This document shows, piece by piece, positions 20,323 through 32,666 of a DNA stretch of 33,674 bases. The stretch's first letter is position 1. Every line of letters starts with the position of its first letter. The notes beneath the pieces are model-generated. The model made no database searches and had not been told where the DNA came from. It was given only the letters and a program-made list of their open reading frames with translations. The position numbers and the translations under genes were made by a program. The DNA comes from Proteromonas lacertae (lineage: Eukaryota), in the NCBI GenBank assembly GCA_002245135.1, contig NGBS01000062.1:1-33674 (forward strand), in the 5' to 3' direction.

Positions 20323-20499
20323 TTCAGCTATTTATCAATTTTCCAATATAATCATCCTTTATTTATTAACATTTTTTTAGCTTTTAGTAGTATATATATT
20401 ATTTCTATTGTGTTTTTGTTTATTCAATTAAAAAAATCCCCCAAAATCAACAAAACATTCTAAACCTTGAGAGATCTTATGTTTAATCCTTTATCTCAT

Positions 20500-21743
20500 T
20501 TAATGTTTGGAGTGAGCCATCTTATCAATAAGTTGGGCAAATGTTTCTTTACCATCTTCTGGAACAATGTTGTAATCTGCTTCAGACATCATATTCTTAT
20601 AATATGGTCCCTTTGCTTCTCTCTTCTTTTCTACTTTCTCAGTTCTCTTTGCTTTTTGAGCAGCTAATCTATGAGCTAATCTCTTGGCTACTTTAGCATA
20701 TGGATTTAATCTTTCCATTTCTTGTTTAACTCTTAATGGGTTTCTCTTTGGTCTGTGTACTTTAAGATGTCTAATAGCACGTAATTTTGATTGGATTTCA
20801 TCACTGTTAATGATTCTACCAACATCTGGTACAGTCATCATTGACATTGGTAATACATATCCTGATTTCATTTTAGATTCTGTGGTGAATGTTCCGTATA
20901 CGTTATTTAACTCTTTTACAGCATCAGCACTCCATATAATGAATCTACCTAAGTGACCACCTGGAGCTAATTCTAATAAATTCAATCTGCTTACATTACA
21001 TAAATCTACACCTGGGATATTTCTGAATGCTCTAGCAATACCAGCATCTTGATGGAATACAACTAATGGTCCTTTCTTCATAACATGTCTTCGATTTCGG
21101 TATTTTCCTTTACCACATCTGATGTGCTTTGAATCAATGACTTTTTGAATATCATCATAAGCACCAATAGCTTTTAATAAAGCAACAGCTTCTTTGGTTT
21201 TGGCGATTGTTTCAATTCCTGAAGCAATGACTAATGGGACTTCTGGTACATTTTCAATTCTGTGTCCACGAGCCATAACTAAGGCTGGGATGGCTGAGGC
21301 AGCTAAAGCGGAACATACGGCATATCTCTTTTGATTGACGTTGATATGTCTGTGCCATCTTCTCCAGGTCTTTGTTGGTGCATACATATGACCACCTCTT
21401 ACCATGTTACCAAATGCAGCTTGTCCTGATCTACCAGTACCTCCTCCTGCAATACGTGGAATACGAGCAACAGCACGACCAGTTCCCCATGATTCAGCTG
21501 AATGTTCATGACCAGCTCTCTTGAATACAGCATAAGGTTGACGGTGGTTTTTAGCCATGCTAAAACAATTACAAATACTATTTATACTTATCATGTACAA
21601 AGCTTACAATATCTGGACGGATTGGAGCTTTGAATACTTCTGGTAAATCAACTGTTTCACTTGTTTTTTTACCATCTAATCCATAGACGGATACTACAGC
21701 ACGAGCAGATGCCTATAATATAGTCTAGATGATGAAATACCAT
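20500..21743 (-). CDS. RPL4: 60S ribosomal protein L4 (uL4)
   Basis: [54 protein letters not shown]-only first exon, intron 21713-21740 and a second intron at ~21560-21587. Confidence 0.97.
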
Positions 21744-21918
21744 TTTTAAATGAGAAAAGTAATTATCTCAAGGGTTTGAGTTAATGAAGAAAATTAAAGA
21801 AGACTTTTCTATTTGCATAATAATTTAAATTTTTACCCCCTTCTGCAATACAAAATACCGTGTCTTTTTGTCTTATTTAGTTTTTAAATTTTCTCATCTG
21901 TTAATAACAATAAATACG

Positions 21919-22691
21919 ATGTCAAGCAAAAATAGATTATAAATTTGCAACAATATGTTCAGCAAATGTAAATAGATCAATGGCAGGTCATGATATTTTG
22001 AAAAAGAATAACTTCAATGTTAGATCATTTGGAACAGGGAACTAAAGGTATTGAAAATATTGAATATTGAAATTAGTGAGAATTCCTGGTAAATCTGGTC
22101 AATTATCTTTTGATTTTGGAACTCCTTATCAGAAATACATGATTATATGATAAAATCAGACAAAGCATGGTATTTAATAGCATTGATTAACAATTAGGTT
22201 TCAACAGAGAGGATTATTGGATATGATAATAAGAGATAAAAATATTAAAGAAGCACCACAGCGATGGCAAGATTGTGACTTTGTTACTGACTTCGATGTT
22301 GTCATCTGTTGTGCCAAAAATTCATTCACAATAGTTTTAGATGGTATTTTTAATTACAATATAAAATAGATTTACAAACAAGAGATCTGCATGTAGAAGA
22401 TAGTAAAACAATACATATTGTATGTTATGATATTGAAGATAAGCCAGAAATAGCAGATAAATCAGGCAGAGAATATATTGAAGCTGTGTCAAATGGTAAA
22501 AATAAAATATATACCATTTACCTTACTCTTTTTGATTTTATTATCTCTCTCTCTCATTTTTTATTGAAATATTTAATACTCTAATTATTTAGTGTAATGA
22601 AAAAGAAAGTCTTGATGAATTTGATTCAATACTCTCAAGTTTTGAAGAAGAAACTGGAATTGCACTTGAATATTCTCCATTTTATCCTTAA
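21919..22691 (+). CDS. SSU72: RNA polymerase II CTD phosphatase Ssu72 (about four 1-nt frameshifts in this sequence)
   Basis: KFATICSANVNRSMAGH (CX5R), VRSFGTG, RIPG, FGTPY, IKEAPQRWQ, DIED and a C-terminal PFYP. Missing from the ORF track because of introns and indels. Confidence 0.85.
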
Positions 22692-22974
22692 CTTGTATTT
22701 TTAATTCATTATTTAACTAATTATAATTGTTCTAAGAATTCTGTTTTTATGTTAGTAGATATGTACATCATGTGTATATCATTCAAATAAAGATTGAATG
22801 CAATATATATTTTACAATTGTTAAACAAAAATGCATTTTAAAAAGATTATTAAAATCTATTTTGCAAATTAAATTTGCATTTCATTAAACTCTAATCTAA
22901 AAGTATATTTTCCTACCATATTCATAATATTTGACTTCTTTATTTCATGTTCAATGTATTTATCTACTTTATAG

Positions 22975-23736
22975 ATGTCTGACGAAAGTGGATCTGAAGA
23001 AGAGGAAGTTATTACCGATTTAAGAGAACCAACTGTTGTTGAAAAATATAAGAGTGCTGCAACAATTGTAAATAAGGCATTAGCTGGTGTTATTGCTAAA
23101 ATCGCTGTAGGTGAATCAATAACTAATTTGTGTCAAATTGGAGATGTTTTAATTGATCAACAATGTGCATCCATCTATAAAACAAAGAAATTATTAAAAG
23201 GTGTTGCTTTCCCAACCAATATCTCAGTCAATAACTGTGTATGTCATTATTCCCCATATGCAACAGAATCAGAAGTAGTTAAAGCAGGAGATATATTAAA
23301 AATCGATATGGCTTGTCATATTGACGGATTCATCGCTTCAGTTGCTCATACACATATAGTTGATGGTGGAGAAACTCCATTAACTGGTAAAGTTGCTAAT
23401 TGTATTGCTGCTGCTCATACAGCACTTGAAGTAGCAAGAAGAGTAATTAAACCAGGTGTTAAGGTATATATATATATTCATAAATTAATATTTATTATTT
23501 GTATTGTATAGAATACAGCAGTAACTGAAGCTATCTCAAAAGTAACAGATCAATTTGGAGTAAATAGGGTTCAAGGTGTATTAACCCATCAAATGAAACA
23601 GTGGATTATTGATGGCAATAAAGTCGTAATAGAAAAGGAAGAAATTGATCAAAAAGTAGATGAATGCGAATTTGATATGTATGAAGTATATGCTTTGGAT
23701 ATTGTTGTCAGTACTGGTGAAGGAAAAGTATAAATA

Positions 23737-23786
<50 letters not shown>

Positions 23787-24236
23787 CCACGTGAAACTGG
23801 TCCAAGAACAACAATCTTCAAAAGAGCTGTAGATCAGAAATACAATTTAAGAATGAAAGCATCACGTTCATTATTAAAAGAAGTTGATACTCACTATCCA
23901 ACATTACCATTCAACATTCGTAATTTTCCTGATGCTAATCAAGCTAGACTTGGTATAACAGAATGCTTGACTCATAGTTTGTTCCATCCATACCCAGTAT
24001 TATATGAGAAAGATGGTGAAATAGTTGCTCATTTTAAGACAACTTTGTTATTAGTACCAAATGGAACTGAATCTATTACTGGATTTACATATGATGAAAG
24101 TAAAATTAAATCAGATGTTACTGTTGATGAAGAAACAAAGACTATCCTTGCTACTGAACCATTTATGAAGAAGAAGAAGGCAAAGAAGGCAGCTGCAGCT
24201 GCAGCTGTTCCTCCTGCACCAGCAGCCAGTTCATAA
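22975..24236 (+). CDS. PA2G4: Proliferation-associated protein 2G4 / EBP1 (non-catalytic M24 fold)
   Basis: VVEKYKSAATIVN, KGVAFPTNISVNNCVCHYSP, HIDGFIASVAHT, YNLRMKASR, HPYPVLYEKDGEIVAHFKTT and a Lys-rich tail. Introns at 23464-23511 and 23728-23786. Confidence 0.95.
23742..23785. repeat. (AT)n microsatellite inside PA2G4 intron 2
   Basis: Read directly; about 22 AT units. Confidence 0.9.
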
Positions 24237-24376
24237 TAATTATTATTATGTTGGAATATTGTTGTTTTCATTTTCGATTTTATATTTTTTTTTAATTTCA
24301 AAAATACAACAATTTTAATATCATTTATAATATATATAATAATCAAAAATGACAATAGTCAATATAATAGGAGTAT

Positions 24377-27300
24377 TTAATTCTCATTATCAAGCAATCT
24401 TTGGTTGATATCTTGATTCATTGTAACATTCTTCTCCTTATTCTCAGTTCTAGGTAAAACATCTTTCTCATCTCCTGTATAATCTGATTCAGTATTTGTA
24501 CACCATGCCAATACAAGATAAAATGCATTAAACAGAATGAATATAAATATCCAAATTGGACTAACAGCAAAAAACAATAACCAGAATAAACATTCCAGCA
24601 AAAACACACTTCCATTAATGATCAATTTAAATATATGAGGTACAGGTTCTATTTTCTTAGATATTTTCTCCAATAATTCACCATTAAATTTGATAGTCGC
24701 TGAAACAAAAGCAGATACTCCACATTCATTATTCTCCACTTCTTCTTCATCATAAACAGGTTGAGTATTTGTACCTTCTACCCAGAAGTGATAGATAATT
24801 TCATACAAACAGAAGATATAAATCCAAATTGGACTAAACACAACGAAGAAGAAGAATCCAAAGAAAAAGAATACAAACAATGCTAATCCCATAAATAAGT
24901 ATATGAATGGTTGAACAAAGAATGGTAAAGTTCCAATATATAACCATAAAGCCATTATACCTTCAGAGAACCATTGACAGAATGATGTAATAACATTACA
25001 GACTGGCCAACCATCACTCATTTCTTTTACATCTTGGAAATAACATTCAACTGATGTATTTTTATATTGTTCTGGTAATTCAAACTTATCAATACCAACG
25101 GATTCTATTTGTTTAGAATATGACACACCTAAAAAATCACTCAATACTCTTGTAGCGTCTTTCTTATTCTTTGGAACTTCACTTTGTACTTTCTAAAGTA
25201 ATAGAAACATAATATATACATTAATAAATCTAAAATCAATAGCAAATTGATTGAATGATAAGAATTTCCTTTCATACTTTGAGTAATACTCAAATTTATC
25301 AGGAAATACTTTGTTTTCTGGAATAATATTATTGATATTATCTTTCTCATATTGTTCAATCAATTCTCTATTAATATCATTCACTAATAAAGGAATTAAT
25401 ATCTTAAAACTTTCATTTGACTTTTTCATCAATTCTTCTTGATTTTCATATTTTGGTTCTAGTGATATTCTTTGATATATTGAATCTTTAATATCTCTCA
25501 TATACTAGATAATTATAATATCATTATTATTATTATACTTGATCTTCAGCTGATGCATCTATTTTTGTATAATCAACTTTCATCAATTCATCTTGAATGA
25601 TTTTACAGAGAGTATTATCAATTGTAACATCTTTTTTACTTTCATTAATGTTTAATACTTCGCAGATTGTCTTAAGATTCTTTGTAGATGGTTGATTAGT
25701 AAATTTAATCAATGTCTATTCATTTATATCATAAATAATAATAAAATATATATAAAGATACTCTCATTATTCGAATATGATTACTTTCATCTTCATATAT
25801 TAAATCTAAATTCTCATATTTCTCTTTAATCACATTTCGATCTTTTATAAAATTGTAAATCTTTTCAAAATAATCTCGAACTAAGTTTATATAACTTGAA
25901 TAATTCTCATCAATCTTATTATCAGCTATGGAATGATCACTCTCATATCTATTCATATATAAGAACAACTAAATTTATATACTTTATCTTTTCTATAGCA
26001 TTTCTTTTACTTGCTTTCTTTATCTCCATTCTATCTCTCTTCTTATATCTTTCGATATCTTTCCAGTATTCGTCAATATTCATTTTCACTTCATTTGCTT
26101 CTTCACATCGTTTATATTTACTTTCATCTTCGATTGTATATAAATATTTACCACTTTCGATTAAACCATAATAACTATTACCTTGACTTATACAATCATC
26201 CATATTCAATGTTAATGTCAAATTTTTATTATTCTCATTACTCTTCTCTTTTAAATAATTCAATAATTCATCTTTTAATTTGGTTATTCTCATTGAACCA
26301 CCTATTGTACAAATCTCTAAATCTTTCAACTCTTCTTCATTCCAACAACTTTCGTTTAAACATTCATCTAATAATGATTTTATCTTATTCCATATATCAT
26401 GTTTTTGTATTACTTCATTTAGTTTATCAATACTATATTCACCATCATAATCTTCATCATCTTCTAAGATTTGATCAATATGAATATTGATTGTATCAGC
26501 TCCTTGAGCACTTAGTTTCTCTTTCATCTTTATTACATTATCCATTATTCGATAATATACTTTTTTCTCATTATTACTTTCAATCTCATTTCCTTCTTCT
26601 ATTATCATACCTTTTATATCTTCCATTAAATATTCATCTATTATTCGACCTCCAATATTCTTTTCGTATTTATAACTCAGGATTTTACATTTGTCTTTAT
26701 CATATTCACAACTACAAACATTTAAACTTACATTTCCCATATTCACAAATAATATACGACGATTTTTATTTGTTCGTTTTATTTCATCATTATTTTCAAT
26801 TCCAAATAATGTCACATAACCTAAATAATCATTGATTATTTCGATATTTTTACATCCATCTTTCTCATTTATCTTTTTCAACATTTCTTTTATCATTTCT
26901 TTACTTTCCATGTTTAAATAGCTGGGAATCTATTTATATTATATTAAATACAATATATATATATATACACTCATTATTATTGAATCAAGCTCTTTCAAAC
27001 ATTTTCGATTTTCATTTATATAATTCATTGTTTTATCAATAAACATAAAATACAACTCTTCTACACTGATTATTCGTTCTTCTTCATTTCCATCTTCACT
27101 TTCATATTTCAATTTCAAACACATATGATTATCTTCACTTTCTACTATATTAAAAGGATTGTGAAATTTTAACTTCTCTATATCATATTTTTCACTAAAT
27201 AAATCCAATATATAGCCTAATGAGTTTTGAATATTACGAGGTTGCTAGACATTTATATAGATACAACAGAAATACGAGATTTTTAGCTAAACTACTAAAT

Positions 27301-27493
27301 AAACGCTCACTACCATTCTTCAAACTAAAAATATTTCTACATACATTATATTATTATTCCTTATATACTCAAAACTTTTACTTCCACTTTCAAATTCAAC
27401 TGTTTGACTTTTATAACTATTCTCTTTTCCTTCTAAAAGAGCTACTTTTGTGTATTTCGAACCACTGTCAATTCCAATTATTGCAGTTGTCAT
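24377..27493 (-). CDS. Divergent Hsp110-like protein, right copy, with a C-terminal transmembrane module
   Basis: Same N-terminal exons as the left copy. Removing the 27-nt intron 25193-25219 puts ORF 24377..25144 (which has only a TTG start) in frame as the last exon. That exon carries two related hydrophobic units (FSPIWIYIFCLYEI..GTNT / VSPIWIFIFILFNA..CTNT). Confidence 0.8.
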
Positions 27494-28144
27494 ACTGTAA
27501 ATACAGAAATTTTAAAATCTTGATGGTAATTTACATGAATTTGTGTCATTTTGACATATTTATTATTTTTAATTTTTGAGGTTAAATAGAAATCTAAATG
27601 AGTGATAAAGAAAATATATTAAAAGAAGATAAGAGATTGCATCCAAAATGTGAATATTCAACTCAAAGAAATCGAACTGTATTCTTCTTTTTTTTCTGAA
27701 GTGATAATATAATATTTAATAGTGTAATGTGATAAATGGTAAAGAGAAATGTGAAACAATTGAGAAGATATATCGACTTTGTCCAAACAAAAGAGATGTA
27801 GTTATTGTTAAGTAATATAGTGAATAGGTAATGATATACGAAAACAAAGAAATTAAAGAAAAAGAGTTTGATAATTCAGCTGTTACTTCGAAAAACAACA
27901 CATTGTCTTTTTCTGTGGAAGTTCCTGATATTTCTGAGATGTTAAACCAATTTCAAGAATTTGCTAATGAAATAGTTAAACTAGGAATTGATGGTTTTAA
28001 TCGTGAAACTAAAGAATGGTTTGATTCACAGTATTATATATATTTATTTATATTTACATATATTTAATTGAATAGTTCTAGAAATAATAATGGTCCAATT
28101 CCTGGTGATTCTTTCCTTCCAATCCTAAAGATTCCGTTGATTTA
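25650..28144. repeat. Inverted duplication block B, right copy
   Basis: Reverse complement of ~16052-18545. Confidence 0.95.
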
Positions 28145-28147
28145 TAA
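27598..28147 (+). CDS. Small Cys-rich protein, right copy (resembles the Mal d 1-associated-protein-like family)
   Basis: Spliced MSDKENILKEDKRLHPKCEYSTQRNRT/CNVINGKEKCETIEKIYRLCPNKRD/VMIYENKE...WFDS. The literal stop is at 28154, or 28147 if a 1-nt deletion near 28114 is an error. The family resemblance is recalled from the C..C..KCE..RxC pattern. Confidence 0.6.
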
Positions 28148-28527
28148 ATATTAATTGTTTATTTTTTCTTTATTTGTTTATTTGCGTTTTTTGAATATAG
28201 AACATAGTAATAATTTGCGTGAACATATATTTATGTCAATAATTTGATGTTTTAGGGTATGACATATCATTAATACTGTGGACAGTTATAGAGAATTTGT
28301 AAATGTTATTTTTTAATGTAAAAAACCGGAGATGGAAATGGTAATTTGAAAAAGGTAAAATAATTATTCAATATCCTTACAATTATATATTTATGAAGAA
28401 ATTTGCTATAATAATGTGGAAATTATAATAAATATGTGATTATTGTAAAAATTCCAAAAATACATGAAATACAATGTAATACACAAAATACATCATTTCT
28501 CATTTTCAATTTTTTTTTGAATTAGAA

Positions 28528-31500
28528 ATGAATATGATGTGTAGATCAGCTCGTATATAATTTATTTTTAATTTTCATAGTTTTCCTCACACTATGTGTT
28601 ATGTTTGCGTCTTCTTTTGCTGCTGAACAGACATTGGAATTTCAAGTTTGTAGTTTCATACCAAATACACCTGTTCCAACATGGACTCCTATGACACCAA
28701 TTCCTACTACAGCTAAACCTACAACTGAAGCAACAGGAACAATAGATATTGGAAATACGACACCAGAAGTTACAACTACACAGACAACTACTCAAACAAC
28801 TACTCAAACATCAACTACGGAAACTTCCACTGGTACAGTAGATGAAGATGCAACAGGAGATGTTACAACAGCTGCTAGTACTGCCACTACAACTCCAGAA
28901 GCTACTGCAAGTAAACCAACTGCAGAAGCTACAACAGCTGCTACAACAGCAACAACAACTGAAGAAGAAACAAATGGAACTGAAGAACAATTAACAACTG
29001 CAACAACATCTAAAACAACAACAGAAGATGATAATGATCCAACCACTGAAGAAGAAAAACAACAAGCAGAAAATGTAAGAGAAAATAGTGAAGATTATGA
29101 AAGATTGGTGAAGAAACATAATAGAATGTTAATAGAATTTGGAGAATGGCCTGCTAATTATACTCAAAATAGAATTGCTGAAATAACTAAAGAAGCATTG
29201 ACACAATATTTTAAAGAACAATCATTTGAAGCAAATTTAGATAATATAAAAGTATCATTTACAAATACTACTAAAGGTGAAAAAGATAGATATACTTACA
29301 CTATAAAAGTAGAAGGAATAACATTTGATGTTGGTTTATTAAACAGATGGAGTGAAATAAAAGGTAATATTACCACAAATCAACCTGCATTTTATGAATA
29401 CTTTAATTCAACAACAAATGATTTAACAGTTTGTACAGTTCCTGATAGATTAAGAGATCCAGCTCCTTGTGATTATGGTAAAACATTATTTGAATATTTA
29501 GCACTTAATGAAGGAAGTGATACAAAAACAATATCACCAATTAATCCTTCTAAAAATTCTACATATACAATTAGTTGTTCAAGAGATGATTTTGTACAAC
29601 ACAATGCTGATGGAAGTTTTACAGTTAATGTAGGAACACAAGCAAAACCAAGTGTGTATTGTAATGTGGAGTGTAAAGCACCAGAATATAGATCAGGTTA
29701 TAATCAATTGACATTTAAGATTACTGAATATAAACCTAAAGTTAATCTAAAAGCAAGTAAATTCAAATCATCTGTTAAATCTGGAGAAAAATTCTCAACT
29801 ATTGTAAAACTACAATATCCAAAAGTTGAAGGAGGAAAAAAAGAAAAATTGAAGTTGACATTATCTATTCAAGAACCTAATGATAAATGCAGATTGGAAG
29901 GTGATAGTACTAGTCCAGAAGATGAAGATGAGTTAAGGTTACATGATATTTCAATAGTATGTAATGGTACACTTAATGAATTGAAATTGTTATATACCAT
30001 TAAAAATTCTGATAGTGATGATGAAATAGGTATTAATTTCAATAGAACAATTAAAGTTATTATAGAACCAGTAATACCCACAATGTCACCCACATCAGAA
30101 GGAGGAAATACAGCAGAACCATCTGATGCTCCAAAGTATGAATTAACATGTACACAAGCAGGACAATCGTATGATAGTCATACTGGTTTATGTTGTGTAA
30201 GAAATGCAGGATATGGTGAAACATGTACTGAATTAATAGTAACAATTCCATTCGCATCAACATCAACTGGTAATAACAAACTTTCAGATGAATTTAAAAC
30301 AGATTATGTAAGGATGTTAAAACGATATGTATTTCATCTTAGTAACTTTGATTTTGATGTGAAGGAAGATGCAAATAATCCAATGAGTATAAAAATCATT
30401 GTTCATTTCTATTTGCTGAAAACATTTGGTTACGATGGTAATGAAGATAAATTAGTAAGAAGGTCTTTACAACTTAATACAGATTGGAGTAAATTAGATA
30501 ATCCTTATACTTATATTAAAACTGTTATATCATATGTAGAACCAACAGCTGATGTAGGAACTAGTGAAGATTTACCATCTGAATTAGCAAAAGCCTTACC
30601 TGAGGCAGCTAAAAATCGTATTAAAGAAATTAAGAAAGAAGCTCCAGTACAAGCAACACAAATAGCAATTGAAAATAATGTTGTTATTGATGCTGATAAA
30701 GGTATTGAAGTTATAGAATCTGTGCCAGAAGATGTTACTGTACCAACATACGTTGATCCAACAAAAGCACCAACACCATCAGGAGGAGATAGTAATGATG
30801 ATGAATCATGGGCTAGTAAATATTGGTATGTAATCTTAATCATTGTGTTAGTAGTAGTAATAATATTAGTAATAGCTGGTGTAGCTGTGTATGTAAGTAT
30901 AAATACATCAAACGGTAACTTTGAGAAAGAAAAGATCCAAAAGAATACAAAGAACTTCACTGAGAATGTAATACCAATTGAAAAGATAAAACAAGAGAAT
31001 GAAGTAACTGATGATGAAATATACAAGCCATTTAGTTATGAAATAATTAAAGAAGGATATTTAATGAAAGAAGGTAAAGATCGTGTAGTTGGTAAATGGC
31101 AAAGAAGATATTTTGTAATATATTTTGAACCAGCTTCAATCAGAGTGTATGATTCAATGGTTCCTAGTTATTATGGTAAAGTATATTTAGGTGAAAAACA
31201 GAATATTCCATTAGAATGTTATAATGGAATAGAATATGAAAGTGGAAATAAAGATTTTACAATAGTATTGAAAGTGAGAGATTCATCTATCAAGACATTT
31301 ACACCAGGTGATGAAGAGAAGAAAGTTCATTTGAAAGTACCTGATGAAGTAGAGAATGGTGAAGAAGTAGCTAGAGGCTGGGTTGAATGTATAAAGAATT
31401 TCAAAGAACAAAAACCAAAGGCTGTTGATGCTTGGGCAAGACCATTGATAGTGAATGATAAAGGAGGAATTGTTGTTCACAAAACACAAGCTGCAATGGA

Positions 31501-31564
31501 TAAGAAGAATGCAGAAATTGTAGGTAGATTTGAAGCTTCTAAAACTAAAGTTACAAATGCATAA
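28528..31564 (+). CDS. Type I surface protein: signal peptide, Thr-rich mucin-like region, Cys-containing ectodomain, TM helix, cytoplasmic PH domain
   Basis: Exon 28528-28552 plus intron 28553-28580 gives the signal MNMMCRSALFLTLCVMFASSFA. TM YWYVILIIVLVVVIILVIAGVAVYV at ~30821-30900; PH domain from ~31043. Confidence 0.85.
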
Positions 31565-31583
31565 AGAGTATATTCACTAAATT
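31044..31583. repeat. Inverted duplication block A, right copy
   Basis: Reverse complement of 15002-15542. Confidence 0.95.
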
Positions 31584-31603
31584 CATTTCATGGAGAATAT
31601 TTG

Positions 31604-31615
31604 TGTTTGTTTGTT
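31604..31615 (+). terminator. TGTTTGTT downstream element (Blastocystis-type 3'-end processing signal)
   Basis: Two overlapping TGTTTGTT copies 40 nt after the stop codon; similar motifs occur behind several other genes. Confidence 0.5.
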
Positions 31616-31677
31616 TAAATAAATGAAATACATAAAATACACTTTAATACAAGTGTATTATTTGAATTATTCTTTTA

Positions 31678-32567
31678 ATGAGTAAACGTTATCTTTCGCT
31701 CATTCTTATTTATGGAATTGGAATAATTTATATAGTATTCATCATATTGCAAGTATTTCAATCAAAGGATCAATCATGTTCAAAATTAAGTCTTTCTCAA
31801 GTTTATTATCACATCACAAACAAAAATGTATACAAGCAAAATATCAAATATAATATTAGTTTTCTCAAGCTGCTGATTTTTCCTCTGTATTAAGCATCTA
31901 CACTCCAATTCCGCATTTTTCACTATAAATTACATAATGATGTATATTACATTACAGTCATTAAGTATACCAGGATCAATTATTCTTAATTTTCTCTCTG
32001 GTATATTATATGGTTTTTATCCTGGTTTTATCATTATTTCAATATGTACATCTATTGGTACATCTTTAATATACACTGTTTCAAAGTTATACGGAGTAAA
32101 TGTGTTTAAACCAATCATACCACACTCATTATCAGTTCATTTTGAACCTGAAGTATGTTTAAAAGTTCTTTTATATTTTTAATAGGTAAAACATTTATCA
32201 CTTAAATCATTCATTGTCACAGTATGTCTTAGACTCAGCCCTGTACCAAATTGGTTTATTAATCTCTTAGCTCCCCATTTACCACTTAATTTATTATCAT
32301 TTGTGATTGTACTATTGTAGGATTAACACCTGCTATGTATGTGCAAATAACTGCAGGAATGGCAGCAATGAAATTAACTACCGATCCAGGTTCAACATCA
32401 CTTTATTCTGTGATTTTACCGATTATAATTGTGTTGGTTGTTATGTGGATATGTTCACATTATGTGACTAAGCATTTTGTTCCACAGGAAATCACTGATG
32501 TATTGAAAAGACATTCTCTTAACAGTATTCTTGTTATTTATTTATTATTTTCATAGAGGAGATATAG
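31678..32567 (+). CDS. VTT/DedA (TMEM41/TVP38, SNARE-associated Golgi) family membrane protein; two 1-nt indels
   Basis: YITLQSLSIPGSIILNFLSGILYG, LRLSPVPNWFINL and GLTPAMYV. Introns at 31828-31859, ~32153-32185 and 32525-32556. Confidence 0.8.
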
Positions 32568-32666
32568 TGTACATTATAGTTAATATAAAATTTTCATTTA
32601 AATTTACTTTGTTTGTGTAGATATTTTGATATTAAAAAACAGGTCAAGATCTGTTCGTGACTCAAA

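Noticed and set aside
24377..25144. Independent 255-aa membrane protein gene
   Set aside because: Starts at TTG and splices in frame to the upstream Hsp110-like exons.
28592..31489. Minus-strand ORFs within the receptor gene, and similar short overlaps in PP2A, DNAAF1, RPL4 and PA2G4
   Set aside because: Low-complexity antisense or off-frame shadows of well-supported genes.
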